Origin: a candidate division WWE3 bacterium | Lineage (GTDB): Bacteria; Patescibacteriota; WWE3; UBA101185; UBA10185 | Direction of reading: 5' to 3' | Length of the DNA stretch: 64,000 bases | Assembly: GCA_052035175.1 (NCBI GenBank) | Contig: JBPOHV010000001.1 | Span: forward strand, 169,569 to 233,568 | Part shown: piece after piece, positions 48,222 to 57,608 of the stretch | Layout: every line of letters starts with the position of its first letter | Position numbering within the stretch: position 1 is the stretch's first letter | Made by a program: the position numbers and the translations under genes | The notes under the pieces: generated by a model | What the model was told of the DNA's origin: nothing | Database searches by the model: none | Seen by the model: the letters and a program-made list of their open reading frames with translations, nothing else

Positions 48222-48744
48222 TTCTTGTACTCGATCGGGCTTTTCCTATCAAAAACTTTTGAGGGAGTTTTGACATATCTATTACGTAATCGGCTTCTTC
48301 AAATAATTTAGCTGACGCAGTTTTTCCAAAAGCAATTACTTCTGTGCGCACGCCTTGACTATGCGCATATTGTAAAAGGTCTACATAATCACCGTCGCCA
48401 GATACTAACACCATTACGTCTATTTTTGAAACCATTCGTACGACGTCCATGCACAACCCTACATCCCAATCGCCTTTTTTTGCACCGTCATAAAAGACCT
48501 GGAGTTCTTTTTCTTTTACTTCAAAGCCTATTTTGTAAAGTGCGTCAAAAAAATCTCTTTCTGTGCCTACGTCTGCTTTTATTACATATGCAAAAGCTCT
48601 TATAAGTTGACGATTATCTACTCCTTCGCCCAAAACAGCTCGAAAATCTACTTTGGCAGAGTAAAGGTTTTTGGCTGAGTAGTACATATTTTGAATATCT
48701 ACGAATACTGCGACTCTTTGTTGTTTGTGTCTTGTATAATCCAT
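48202..48744 (-). CDS. NYN/LabA-like (PIN-like) domain protein
   Basis: 'VAVFVDIQNMYY' N-terminal Asp. 'VLVSGDGDYVDLL' acidic cluster typical of NYN/LabA. Confidence 0.6.
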   Translation of the reverse strand: MDYTRHKQQRVAVFVDIQNMYYSAKNLYSAKVDFRAVLGEGVDNRQLIRAFAYVIKADVGTERDFFDALYKIGFEVKEKELQVFYDGAKKGDWDVGLCMDVVRMVSKIDVMVLVSGDGDYVDLLQYAHSQGVRTEVIAFGKTASAKLFEEADYVIDMSKLPQKFLIGKARSSTRNVVKEI

Positions 48745-48829
48745 GTTGTTATTTTATATCAAGTTGCCATATATACAAAACAGTGTATATTTGGTCTATA
48801 TGAACACTCTTATATCTAAAATTAAGACT

Positions 48830-48922
48830 ATGTTAAATATCGGTACCCCAGCAGCCTCAGAAGGTTGTTGTGAAGACGGCGGTTGCGAATGCGGTGGCAA
48901 TTGCGGTTGCGGTCATTGCTAA
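48830..48922 (+). CDS. metallothionein-like Cys-rich micro-protein (30 aa)
   Basis: ATG..TAA ORF translating to MLNIGTPAASEGCCEDGGCECGGNCGCGHC. It has 8 Cys and 1 His arranged as CC, CxC, CxC and CxxC. Confidence 0.35.
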   Translation: MLNIGTPAASEGCCEDGGCECGGNCGCGHC

Positions 48923-48947
48923 ATAGCATTATTTTGATTTAATCACT

Positions 48948-49997
48948 ATGCAGAAGAAAAAGGCTTATTTTGCCCTATTAATACTAGTTGTCCTTGGTTT
49001 ATTTGCTTATGTACGCTACTCAAACAAACTTGTCGATATTGCCCCTGATGTAATGGATGATCGAAAGCTTTCTGATGTACCAACAAATACTTCACCTATA
49101 CCTTTTGAAGATTTAACTGTTCCATACCTTCGGACACAATCATTTATTAGCCAATTGTCAGACTTAGACTTAGTTTCGCAGAATGGCAGTTATAAAAGCT
49201 ATCTTACGTCTTATACATCTGATAACTTGAAAATTAACGGTTTGCTAACGATTCCAGATGGTCAAAAACCAGATAATGGTTGGCCAGCGATAGTTTTTAT
49301 TCATGGTTATATACCGCCCACTTTATATAAGACACGTGGAAATTATGAAGCTTATGTTGATTATTTGGCAAAAAATGGTTTTGTCGTTTTCAAAATTGAT
49401 TTACGTGGGCACGATGCGTCAGAAGGTGAAGCAGGCGGTGCTTACTATAGTAGTGATTATATAAAAGACACTCTCAATGCTTATGCTGCTTTGCAATCTG
49501 CCGATTTTATAGATGCGTCAAAGATAGGTTTGTGGGGGCATAGCATGGCGGGAAATGTTGTTTTGCGTTCGATTGCTGTAGAAGAAAGTATTCCTGCTGC
49601 GGTGATTTGGGGTGGTGCTGTTTATTCTTATGAAGACATGCAAAAGTATGGGATTGACGATAATTCTTATCGACCCCCATCTCAAGATACAAGCAGGCAG
49701 CGCCGTCGCCAAGCATTGTTTGATGCACACGGCCAATTTGATCCAGCGAGTCCATTTTGGCAAAAAGTTGTACCGACTAATTATTTAGATAATATTTCTA
49801 CAGCTATTCAGCTCGACCATGCTGTAAACGATGATGTTGTTAATATAGGCTATAGTCGTGATTTATTTCAAATCTTGCAAACCAAAGGTATTACTAGTGA
49901 ATTAAACGAATACCCATCTGGTGGGCACAATATTACAAGTCCTAGCTTTGAAAAGGCTATGCAAGATACTGTGAGATTTTTTAATACTCATCTTTAG
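48948..49997 (+). CDS. membrane-anchored alpha/beta hydrolase (S9/dienelactone-hydrolase-like)
   Basis: TM anchor. 'GHSMAGN' GxSxG nucleophile elbow. C-terminal Asp/His region 'VNDDV...GGHN'. Confidence 0.55.
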   Translation: MQKKKAYFALLILVVLGLFAYVRYSNKLVDIAPDVMDDRKLSDVPTNTSPIPFEDLTVPYLRTQSFISQLSDLDLVSQNGSYKSYLTSYTSDNLKINGLLTIPDGQKPDNGWPAIVFIHGYIPPTLYKTRGNYEAYVDYLAKNGFVVFKIDLRGHDASEGEAGGAYYSSDYIKDTLNAYAALQSADFIDASKIGLWGHSMAGNVVLRSIAVEESIPAAVIWGGAVYSYEDMQKYGIDDNSYRPPSQDTSRQRRRQALFDAHGQFDPASPFWQKVVPTNYLDNISTAIQLDHAVNDDVVNIGYSRDLFQILQTKGITSELNEYPSGGHNITSPSFEKAMQDTVRFFNTHL

Positions 49998-50042
49998 TTG
50001 TAATTTCTGCAAATACCAATGGTTTTTGGTAAACTGTCATTG

Positions 50043-50084
50043 GTATTGGGGGATCGCCTGCCTGCGCAGGCAGGTCTAATGGTA
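50043..50084 (+). repeat. partial duplication of tRNA-Gln 5' end interrupted by an 18-bp perfect palindrome
   Basis: GTATTGGGGGATCG (50043-50056) and TCTAATGGTA (50075-50084) repeat the contiguous sequence 50098-50121. They are separated by the self-complementary CCTGCCTGCGCAGGCAGG (50057-50074). Confidence 0.55.
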
Positions 50085-50101
50085 TATGCTATACACAGTA
50101 T

Positions 50102-50175
50102 TGGGGGATCGTCTAATGGTAGGACATCGCACTCTGAATGCGGTAATTGGGGTCCGATTCCCTGTCCCCCAGCCA
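50102..50175 (+). tRNA. tRNA-Gln (anticodon CUG), slightly atypical T-arm
   Basis: U1-A72 acceptor TGGGGGA/TCCCCCA as in E. coli tRNA-Gln. D-arm GTCT..GGAC. Anticodon stem TCGCA/TGCGG with loop CTCTGAA. Ends ..CCCCCAGCCA. T-stem has two G·U pairs and C at position 55. Confidence 0.55.
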
Positions 50176-50268
50176 TGAAAATGGCCAGACTGCGTTTTTT
50201 AAACATAGTTTCAAATGGCAATCAATCTGAATGAAAGGTTATGTTAAAGTCAGTGGCTAGTTAATATT

Positions 50269-51258
50269 ATGGATAAAACACTGGAAAAGTATGTTTCTAT
50301 ACTAGGTTTAGCCGATGATGTACTTATGTTTTGTCTTAGTGCAGCATTTGATAGTTATAGCAAACACAATATTGTGGAGAAAAGCTTTCAAGTATCACCA
50401 CATGAATCTGAAAATTCCACTACAGGTATTTTAATAGTAGTAACTGGTCTAGAAAGCTTCGTAAAGAGATTAGAATATATTGTAAAGTCAACAACTGATT
50501 ATGCAAAATATATACCTATTTTTAACTATACAGTGTGCAGTAAATGTAAGCTTACTAACTTCCTTCCGCTTTATGAAAAGGCATCTCAGATTATTGGCCA
50601 AGAACTTAACTTAAAATTCGAGGGTATAACGCTTAATCGCAAAATGGTCAATAACATGCTTCAGGAGCTATCTAAGGTTAGAAATAATATTACCCATAAT
50701 TATTTGTATGAATTTACCGTCCAGTATGACGAGGAATATAATCTTAAAGACTGGAACTATACCGACATTCCAAAGAACAAAGCGGGCATAAAAAATGATA
50801 AGACAAAATATATTGGCTTCAATAAGATACCAAATCAAATTTCATTCATGGATATCCTCAAAGCGATGCTTGTGTTTGATACTGTAATAAGACTAATGGA
50901 ACTCGCCATAAAAGGCATAAATTATAGATTTGGGGGTTATCACAAGCTAAACGGTAGCTATGTGCAAAGTTTTTATCAAGTATTTAATTATTACCTACTC
51001 GAGATGATTAAGTTGGGAAAAAAAGAAGATGCGCAGGAAATAAATGATCTAATAGTAAGAATAAGTACAATTTTACAAGTTGAATCTATTGATACTGAAA
51101 GCCTAGAATCTGGTTTGTTAAAGCATTTAAATAGATCTAATTTGCTTAGAGAGACGATAATCAACCACGTCAGCCTGTGTTCTAAATGTAATACCGAAAG
51201 CTTAATGATTAACTCATATGGCACTACAAATTGCTTGAATTGTACAATTGCTGCGTAG
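50269..51258 (+). CDS. hypothetical protein
   Basis: 329-aa ORF with CxxC pairs near both ends ('CSKCK', 'CSKCN...CLNC'). Confidence 0.35.
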   Translation: MDKTLEKYVSILGLADDVLMFCLSAAFDSYSKHNIVEKSFQVSPHESENSTTGILIVVTGLESFVKRLEYIVKSTTDYAKYIPIFNYTVCSKCKLTNFLPLYEKASQIIGQELNLKFEGITLNRKMVNNMLQELSKVRNNITHNYLYEFTVQYDEEYNLKDWNYTDIPKNKAGIKNDKTKYIGFNKIPNQISFMDILKAMLVFDTVIRLMELAIKGINYRFGGYHKLNGSYVQSFYQVFNYYLLEMIKLGKKEDAQEINDLIVRISTILQVESIDTESLESGLLKHLNRSNLLRETIINHVSLCSKCNTESLMINSYGTTNCLNCTIAA

Positions 51259-51369
51259 TACCTTTTATGCTCTCTGATTTACCTAGTTTTATTCTAGAAG
51301 ATACACTAGGTATATTAGATTCCATAAAAACGTTCAATAGAAAGGCCGTGAATATACTACAATATAAAT

Positions 51370-51846
51370 ATGCAGAATAATGAAGAATACGTAAAAGATC
51401 AATTTAGAATTCTTGTTCATAGAGGACAGTTTAGAGATGTAGTAATGCATACATCGTTCATTAAAACAGTAATTAAGGACACTGCCTCAGTAACCATAAG
51501 ACCACCATTTAAAAAAGCGCTAGTGTTGTTAGGTTTAATTATTGATGACGCAGATGAAGAGAATTCATGTTATGCAGAGTCCTCGCAGCATAAAGCGAAC
51601 TACTTAGTAGAAATCAATAAGTTACGTGTTCAACGAAACAAACTTTTACATGACATTATGAGAGAGCGATTGCCACAGAAATATATAGATAACATAAGGG
51701 ACGAGATGAAAGGAAACATTTGGTTAATTTACTTTCGGTCACCACTAGTACGTAACTATTTTAAAAGTACATATGGCTATGATCCAAAGGACTTATTAAT
51801 TGTTTGGTCCAAGCATTATGGTAAATCCCAAATCATCGTGGATTAA
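51370..51846 (+). CDS. hypothetical protein
   Basis: 158-aa ORF. Confidence 0.3.
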   Translation: MQNNEEYVKDQFRILVHRGQFRDVVMHTSFIKTVIKDTASVTIRPPFKKALVLLGLIIDDADEENSCYAESSQHKANYLVEINKLRVQRNKLLHDIMRERLPQKYIDNIRDEMKGNIWLIYFRSPLVRNYFKSTYGYDPKDLLIVWSKHYGKSQIIVD

Positions 51847-51868
51847 AATCATTAGGCTTTCGATCGAC

Positions 51869-52525
51869 ATGCTCAGCCATATATCCTGGAGAAATAATGT
51901 ACAGGATAGACTTGACCTTCTACAATTAGCCACAATGACAAAAATAGAAAGTCTATTAGAATTCACTAAGTTTTGTAATAAATTCCAACAAACACAAAGG
52001 CAAATTCGAGTTGTAGGAGAAGCCCGAAAAGAGAATGATGCAGAACACAGTTTTCAAGTCGCACTCACATGTTGGTATTTGATTTCAGAATATAAACTCG
52101 ATCTGGATATAACAAAAGTTTTAAAATACGCTTTAGCCCATGATCTTCCAGAAGCTATAACTGGAGACTATTATTTCGAGCTAGATAGTCAGAAACAAAA
52201 AGAAAAAGAAGATGCAGAAAAAGTCGCAATAGATAAATTGGGCAATATGTTTCCTAACTTTGCTGAGTTAGCAAATCTATTGGAAGATTATAATAATAAA
52301 ATAGATAAAGAAGCACGCTTTGTAAATGCAACAGAAAAATTGATTCCTGTTATAAATATTTTTTTAGATAAAGGCAAAACATGGAAAGAAGAAAATATGA
52401 CTTGGGATATATTAATTCCTAATAAAGATAAAAAGATTTCTATATCAGATCTACCAAGTGAGCTATGGGAAGAATTTAAACCGATTATTGAAGAATCTGG
52501 CTTGTTACCAAAAACAAAGTCTTAG
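51869..52525 (+). CDS. HD domain phosphohydrolase (YfbR-like)
   Basis: 'AEHSFQV...ALAHDLPEAITGD' His-Asp motif. Start moved to an internal Met past the upstream ORF. Confidence 0.55.
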   Translation: MLSHISWRNNVQDRLDLLQLATMTKIESLLEFTKFCNKFQQTQRQIRVVGEARKENDAEHSFQVALTCWYLISEYKLDLDITKVLKYALAHDLPEAITGDYYFELDSQKQKEKEDAEKVAIDKLGNMFPNFAELANLLEDYNNKIDKEARFVNATEKLIPVINIFLDKGKTWKEENMTWDILIPNKDKKISISDLPSELWEEFKPIIEESGLLPKTKS

Positions 52526-52627
52526 TATTCGATAAGGAACGTATGTGCATTAACAGCGCTTTCATTTATAAAAGACTACGGTTAGAAAGAGCTAACTAAC
52601 TTCCGCAATAGTATATACTGTTATTGT

Positions 52628-53086
52628 ATGAAAGAAGTTCAAATAGATACAAACAATATTGAACAAATCGACAAGATTTTAGAAGCAGCAACGAAAGTAT
52701 TCAATCCCTCACAAGAAGAACTAGAAAAGTATCATAAGAAAGAAGTTTGGCTCAAAAAGATTTCAGATGGCGGTCTTTTAGTTTCAATAACTTTAGACAA
52801 CATGATTGTTGCTTTTGCTATATGTGAAAAGAGAAGTAATAAACTTCATATATGGAATGTTGGTGTGCTAAGCGACTATAGAAAGTTAGGTTTGTGGAAA
52901 CAAATGCACGCCTTAATCATAAAGCATGCCAAGCGGGAAGGGTTTGAAAAAATTACTTTGAATACATATAAAGAGAAATTTCCTAATATGTATACATTTG
53001 TATCAGAGCATGGTTATAAAGAAATTTCTAAAGAATTTGATGAAATGCAAAATGCAACCAAGTCCCACTTTGAGCTTATTTTATAA
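52628..53086 (+). CDS. GNAT family N-acetyltransferase
   Basis: 'IWNVGVLSDYRKLGLWKQM' acetyl-CoA-binding motif A (R/Q-x-x-G-x-G/A). Confidence 0.6.
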   Translation: MKEVQIDTNNIEQIDKILEAATKVFNPSQEELEKYHKKEVWLKKISDGGLLVSITLDNMIVAFAICEKRSNKLHIWNVGVLSDYRKLGLWKQMHALIIKHAKREGFEKITLNTYKEKFPNMYTFVSEHGYKEISKEFDEMQNATKSHFELIL

Positions 53087-53094
53087 TCCGACTA

Positions 53095-53577
53095 ATGGTT
53101 TATAATACCCATATGTATAACCACGAACCGCAAGATTATAAATGTCCTTTATGCGCTATTCGCGATGGAGTTGAAGGTGATTTCCCATACACAAAACAAG
53201 CAGATATCTTTTTTCAGGATGAAGATTTAGTTGGAATCATTGCCTCACATGGGTGGGAAACAAACAAAGGTCATGTACTAGTATTTCCAAAAAAACACAC
53301 AGAAAATATTTTTGATATTGAAGATGCACTTTTGTCTAAAATACATACCTTTGCAAAGAAAGTTGCGCAAGTATTGAAAGATGAATATAAGTGTGAAGGT
53401 ATTACAATAAGACAAAACAATGAGCAACCTGGTGACCAAGATGTGTGGCATTATCATGTCCATGTATTTCCAAGGTATATTGGAGATAATATTAATCAAA
53501 TACCAGGGTTAAGAAAGCAAAGTGATACTAAAGAACGTGCCGAGTATGCAGCTAGACTAAGAAAACATTTCTCATAA
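53095..53577 (+). CDS. HIT family hydrolase
   Basis: Histidine triad 'HYHVHVF' (HxHxHxx) near the C-terminus. Confidence 0.75.
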   Translation: MVYNTHMYNHEPQDYKCPLCAIRDGVEGDFPYTKQADIFFQDEDLVGIIASHGWETNKGHVLVFPKKHTENIFDIEDALLSKIHTFAKKVAQVLKDEYKCEGITIRQNNEQPGDQDVWHYHVHVFPRYIGDNINQIPGLRKQSDTKERAEYAARLRKHFS

Positions 53578-53595
53578 ATATACTATAATCAACAT

Positions 53596-54227
53596 ATGGC
53601 GTCAGTGTTCAAAGTAACTATCTTAGATAATTCAGCTTTACAAAACTACAAAGACAAAGCTATGGAAGAACTCGATGTGTGGTTCGAAAAAGTATGGCCT
53701 TATACTGCACCAAAGTTATTTGTCGTCGATGACAGAAAAACAATAGATGCTCTTTTGGAGCAAAAAACTGAAGATTGGGTTATGGGGTGGAGTTGGGGAA
53801 GAAACGCAGTATTTATCCTAAATCCTGCAAATATTTCTACCGAAAGCTGTCACGATGCAAGTAAATATAACTATGGACATCTAATCAACATGAGTTAGCC
53901 CATTCTTATTTTCAAATAAATTTTGGGCAATGTAATTTCGCATGGATTAATGAAGGAGTTTCTATATATGTCGCTGGGCAACTTGAAAAATATACGATGC
54001 CATTAGAATTTGATGGATTTTTGGATGACAAAAAGATATATCAAGAATCAGGAAATGCAATAAAGTTGATTGTTGATCATTTTGGGAAAGATACTCTTTT
54101 TGACTTTTTAAGAAATCAAAGCAGTATCGAAGATATATCAGAACTAAAAGAAGCTTTCAAAAAAATTTTTAATGCAGAACTGAATTATTCATTTTTTAAT
54201 ACTTTGAGAAATGAGTATTCCAAATGA
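53596..54227 (+). pseudogene. frameshifted HExxH metallopeptidase-like gene
   Basis: The frame-1 ORF (53596-53898) stops at 'HLINMS*'. An open frame-0 segment from 53871 encodes '..NQHELAHSYFQ...WINEGVSIYVAGQ' and runs into the 53997-54227 ORF. A single frameshift near 53870-53890 joins them. Confidence 0.4.
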
Positions 54228-54718
54228 ATACTAGACCTACAAAAATACTACTACTAGGTATATCGGGAGCAGGGAAGTCTACATTGGCTCCGTTGTTGGC
54301 TGAATTTTATAAACTTAATGTATATGAAGCCGATGATGAAGTAATGATAATAAACAATAATGTATGGCCACACGACGATGCAACCGTTGATAAGGGTTTT
54401 GCAATAGCAAATGAAAAAGCTTTGAATTCAGACAACATTATATTCGTTACATCTTGGCTTAATAAAAAAGATTTTCTTAAATTTGTAGAAAAAGAATTTA
54501 AAATAGTAGAACTGCACGCTGATTTAGACGAGTTAGTAGTAAGAAAACAAACGCGTGACAACTCTAGCGAAGATCACATCCTCAGATTTCGTAATGCATA
54601 TCCAGAGTACTTAGAATTAATAAATGATGCAGATCTAAAATCAAACTTTACACTAAGTGTCGATACAACACGCTTGTCTGCAGATGAACTGTTTAAATTA
54701 ATTGGCTTAAGACTTTGA
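54224..54718 (+). CDS. P-loop NTPase / nucleoside(-tide) kinase-like
   Basis: Walker A 'GISGAGKST' near the N-terminus. ~160 aa. Confidence 0.5.
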   Translation: MNTRPTKILLLGISGAGKSTLAPLLAEFYKLNVYEADDEVMIINNNVWPHDDATVDKGFAIANEKALNSDNIIFVTSWLNKKDFLKFVEKEFKIVELHADLDELVVRKQTRDNSSEDHILRFRNAYPEYLELINDADLKSNFTLSVDTTRLSADELFKLIGLRL

Positions 54719-54719
54719 G

Positions 54720-55280
54720 TTAGTTCCCAATGATTACTATATTTTTGACAACACTTTTTAAGGAGTATCCCATGAGTAAAAAATCTTCAATTATGAAATC
54801 ATGGCGCTCATCTTGGTACGAGATTACAAATGTTCTTCCTTCTTTTTGAAAAATAAATATATCTTGAAATGCAATACTTCGATCACTCATTTCTTCCTTT
54901 TTTAATGTAAAGCCTTCTATATCGTTTATTTTTACTGGGGTGTATTTGTCGTATCTTTTTAAAGTATCAGTAATATCTTCTATTTGAGATCTAACCACGA
55001 TTATTCCTATGAGCGCATCTTTTTTCTTAATCTCAAAGAATACAGTTTCATTACCATTGGGTAGATAATTATAATAACTCAAGTGTGTGTTCTGATCTGC
55101 ATTATATATGAAATGTTTGAAAGTCTCAGGATGGTATTTCCTAAAAACTCTTTGAGAAATAAGAGATACAAATGTACAACTTAGGCCGATAATAACAACA
55201 CAACAACCGACAGCAAAGAGCTTTTTGAAGATACTTTTACTATGATCTTCAGGTATCATAGCTATATTATATAGCATCAA
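54720..55280 (-). CDS. membrane-anchored hypothetical protein
   Basis: One TM helix (CCVVIIGLSCTFVSLI). Confidence 0.3.
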   Translation of the reverse strand: MMLYNIAMIPEDHSKSIFKKLFAVGCCVVIIGLSCTFVSLISQRVFRKYHPETFKHFIYNADQNTHLSYYNYLPNGNETVFFEIKKKDALIGIIVVRSQIEDITDTLKRYDKYTPVKINDIEGFTLKKEEMSDRSIAFQDIFIFQKEGRTFVISYQDERHDFIIEDFLLMGYSLKSVVKNIVIIGN

Positions 55281-55285
55281 TACTT

Positions 55286-55774
55286 TTATAAGTACTCAGG
55301 ATATAGTTTCAATCCTTCAAGTAACATCTTATGCTTGATCTCACTAGAATTAATTATTTGTTCTTTAGTTAAAGCTTGTGGGTTTTTTACATCAGCTCCG
55401 TACGGTTCCATAACTTTCTTACCTTTTGCTAAGAAAAAAAGTATGTGTCCTAACTTTGGGTATTTGTTTTTGAACTTTTCTGGCGCATCATCTTTTAAAG
55501 AGATTTCATAATAGCCAAAGTACTTCCACTGATTCAATTCTATTCCACCTTCTTCTAGTGCTTCGCGTTTCAATGCATCATCTATTGTTTCACCAGCTTC
55601 TACATGTCCGCCGATAGGCTCATTGTTCATAAGAATTACATTATTATTTTGATCAAAACACACACTAACTACACCAGTTGTATTTTTGATTAAATCTTTG
55701 TAATCTCCATTCAAATCTATATATGCCTTATAAGTTGAATGTCCCCAATCTTGTGTATCTATCAACACTTTCAT
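55286..55774 (-). CDS. NUDIX hydrolase
   Basis: Nudix box 'GGHVEAGETIDDALKREALEEGGI' (Gx5Ex7REUxEExGU). Confidence 0.7.
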   Translation of the reverse strand: MKVLIDTQDWGHSTYKAYIDLNGDYKDLIKNTTGVVSVCFDQNNNVILMNNEPIGGHVEAGETIDDALKREALEEGGIELNQWKYFGYYEISLKDDAPEKFKNKYPKLGHILFFLAKGKKVMEPYGADVKNPQALTKEQIINSSEIKHKMLLEGLKLYPEYL

Positions 55775-55884
55775 GCACTTATTGTAGCATCGCTAGTGAA
55801 TGGTTAGTTTATAATATTTCAATGAGCTTATTGTGCTATACATTTTCTACATTTCCAGATATACAGTTTATAGAAAGACATAAT

Positions 55885-56256
55885 ATGTTTGTATTTCACA
55901 AACTAAAGTCAGACTTAATTGCATTTCTATCTCTTATAGAAAAAGTACAGCCAGATATAATTGTAGGTATTGCAAAAAGCCCTAACAGCAAGTCAAGGTT
56001 TGAACGAATGGCTATCAATAAGTTTAATCGTACGAAGTTGATAAATAAATCTGGAGAACCTTCGTATAAATTAAGCTATCCTGCTGAAGGTTATAAAAAT
56101 ATTTCTTTACACAAGTCTTATACTGATAGCTTTTGTAACTGGGTAATGTACAAGCTTTCTGAGCATTTATTGGAAAAAAGTATTCCACTACAGTTCATTC
56201 ATGTAGCTCCAAAAGATATCGATATTCTAGACGAATACCTGAAGTCTCTTTCATAA
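55885..56256 (+). CDS. hypothetical protein
   Basis: ORF trimmed to an internal Met to avoid overlap with the NUDIX gene start. Confidence 0.3.
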   Translation: MFVFHKLKSDLIAFLSLIEKVQPDIIVGIAKSPNSKSRFERMAINKFNRTKLINKSGEPSYKLSYPAEGYKNISLHKSYTDSFCNWVMYKLSEHLLEKSIPLQFIHVAPKDIDILDEYLKSLS

Positions 56257-56275
56257 AATGATACTCTATTAACGT

Positions 56276-56419
56276 ATGGAATTATCCACAGATCAACAAA
56301 AAGCGTTAAACCAACTTCTGAAATGGTTTAACAATAAAAATAAAAATCAATACATCACACTCGGTGGTTATGCTGGTACAGGAAAAGGAGAGATGCGGTT
56401 ATATGTTGTAGGTATCTAA
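56276..56419 (+). pseudogene. truncated 5' copy of the RecD/Dda-like helicase gene
   Basis: Encodes MELSTDQQKALNQLLKWFNNKNKNQYITLGGYAGTGKG then stops. ~85% nt identity to 61294-61410. Confidence 0.55.
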
Positions 56420-56983
56420 TGGTTTCCATGTTTGTATTACTTTATTAGTATTTGAATCAACTATAAAATAATTACCACCATTATTTTCTGGTTGACTGTA
56501 TATAATACTTATCGTTTTTTTCAGTAAATATGACATATATAGTGCACCGACAGCACCATGACTAATTACTAAGATATCTTTATTTGAACTTTGCATAACA
56601 ATATCGGCTATTGTTTTTACTATACGCTTTTGTGCATCAGTAGCTGATTCCCATCCGCACACATTTTTCGTTGGATACTGGAAAAAGCTATTTACGTTAT
56701 GCATAAATGTCTCGTAGGGTTGGTACCCAGTAGATGTTCTATCAAATTCGCCTAATGATTTTATTTTTGTATAAGGCTTATTAAGATATGCACTTGCAAT
56801 ATCAGCGCCATCAACAGCTTTTTGTTCTTCGCTAGTAAAAATCTGATCAATTTTACTAAACCAACTTTGAAGATTAATCTTTTTAAATCTGTCTTTACCT
56901 TTTTCAGAAAGTGGCCATTTCTCAATCAATTCATTTTTATCTATTTCTACATCAGTGTGAGTTAAAAAAAATAAATATGACAT
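56399..56983 (-). CDS. histidine-phosphatase-superfamily-like protein
   Basis: C-terminal 'LVISHGAVG' resembles the phosphoglycerate-mutase-family second His motif. The N-terminal RHG motif is not canonical. Confidence 0.35.
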   Translation of the reverse strand: MSYLFFLTHTDVEIDKNELIEKWPLSEKGKDRFKKINLQSWFSKIDQIFTSEEQKAVDGADIASAYLNKPYTKIKSLGEFDRTSTGYQPYETFMHNVNSFFQYPTKNVCGWESATDAQKRIVKTIADIVMQSSNKDILVISHGAVGALYMSYLLKKTISIIYSQPENNGGNYFIVDSNTNKVIQTWKPLDTYNI

Positions 56984-57056
56984 ATGTAGTACTTTGTATG
57001 AGTATTATACATAACATAAATGCTAATTTGGTAGGTCATGGTAGAATACCACAGGT

Positions 57057-57608
57057 TTGAGTAAACATATGATTTTAACTGGTTCAAAAATAGTAGAGGA
57101 ATTACATAATGGTTATATTACTTTAGTGCCATTTGAAGAATCTTTAATTAATCCCAATAGTTATAATTATCGACTCGGCACTGAAATAGTAGAAATAACT
57201 TACGATACAACAAATATTAATACTAGTCCTCAAAAAAACACCATTGTAATTCCAAATGAAGGCTATGTCTTACAGCCCCAAAAACTTTATTTGGCTGCAA
57301 CGCATGAAATAATCGGATCCACAAAGTATGTTCCTAGTCTAATAGGCAGATCTTCTTTAGGTAGACTTGGTTTATATCTTCAAATTACTGCTGATTTGGG
57401 TCATATAGGCACCTGCCATAAATGGACTTTGGAGTTGACTGTGGTACAACCCTTACGTGTATATGCTGGTATGAGGGTAGGCCAGGTTTCTTTTTGGGTG
57501 ACTGATGGTTTAGAAATGTTAAATGGGCATGAATACAAGAGTGAAAAAAATAATTATGCAAAATTTAGTAAACCTATGCATAGTCAAGTACGAAAATTGA
57601 TGGAGTAA
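57057..57608 (+). CDS. dCTP deaminase / dUTPase (Dcd-Dut beta-clip fold) family protein
   Basis: 'ILTGSKI', 'NPNSYNYRLG' and 'GRSSLGRLGL' Dcd signatures. Confidence 0.7.
   Translation: MSKHMILTGSKIVEELHNGYITLVPFEESLINPNSYNYRLGTEIVEITYDTTNINTSPQKNTIVIPNEGYVLQPQKLYLAATHEIIGSTKYVPSLIGRSSLGRLGLYLQITADLGHIGTCHKWTLELTVVQPLRVYAGMRVGQVSFWVTDGLEMLNGHEYKSEKNNYAKFSKPMHSQVRKLME

Noticed and set aside
49994-50234. ORFs of 71-75 aa on both strands across the tRNA-Gln region
   Set aside because: The region is better explained by the tRNA and its partial duplication. The ORFs lack start context.
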